From the NCBI RefSeq assembly GCF_032062105.1, contig NW_026928331.1, positions 62,001 to 126,000 on the forward strand: a stretch of DNA of 64,000 nt, read 5' to 3'. The notes beneath the pieces were generated by a model. The model saw only the letters and a program-made list of their open reading frames with translations. It had not been told where the DNA came from and ran no database searches. This stretch comes from Saccostrea cucullata. Taxonomy: Eukaryota. The translations under genes were made by a program, and so were the position numbers. How positions within the stretch are numbered: the stretch's first letter is position 1; the number at the start of each line of letters is the position of its first letter. Below are positions 63,725-64,000 of the stretch, one piece after another.

Positions 63725-64000
63725 TTTATGTCCCTGTAATCGAAGATCGGGGTATATAGTTTTATTGTGTCCGTCTGTATGTCTGTCTGTCTATCTGGCG
63801 GTCTGTTTCTCCGCAAAAATTTTAACCTTTACCATAACTTTTCATTTATTGTAGCTATGCCTTTCATATTCAATATGTGTACATTCCTTGTGACAAGACC
63901 TTACTTTGGGTACCACCAAATTTGACCTTTACCTTGGAGTTTGTCCCATTTTACACAAAAATGCCAAATTTTTAATTTACTCTGGCTATAACTTTTAAAC
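63725..64000 (+). mobile_element. Left end of a Helentron-type non-autonomous element, runs off the window
   Basis: TTTTTATGTCCCTG...GATCGGGG hairpin, (GTCT)n microsatellite, then an AACCTT.CCATAACTTT...TGTGACAAGACC...TGACCTT monomer. Confidence 0.6.

Overview
AT-rich, intron-rich eukaryotic DNA. The repeat families (Helentron-type non-autonomous elements with GACG/GACA microsatellites, Cg170-like monomers, Penelope-like RT fragments, a tRNA-derived SINE) suggest a bivalve mollusc, most likely an oyster; this is inference. Manual splicing gives five multi-exon genes. (1) A secreted 232-aa protein with two 12-Cys Ly6/three-finger-like domains, each carrying a basic convertase-type site (minus, 885-13033). 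(2) WDR73, intact, 351 aa (minus, 15559-21215). (3) A head-to-head AADAC/NCEH1-family lipase with an intact catalytic triad but two in-frame stops in exon 2 (plus, 23719-29473). (4-5) Two tandem STRA6-like genes (minus, 30517-40167 and 42155-56070). Both have candidate 6-nt microexons before the calmodulin-binding helix, and the downstream copy has a lost splice donor and a rearranged start exon. Introns and intergenic DNA hold Penelope-like, RTE and CR1-type retroelement fragments, SINEs, TTAA- and TA-target MITEs, foldback palindromes, and a Helentron-type element with a 146-bp satellite-like array. Most ORFs in the supplied track are exon fragments or noise. All gene models are hand-spliced from GT-AG signals and phase compatibility, with no expression data.
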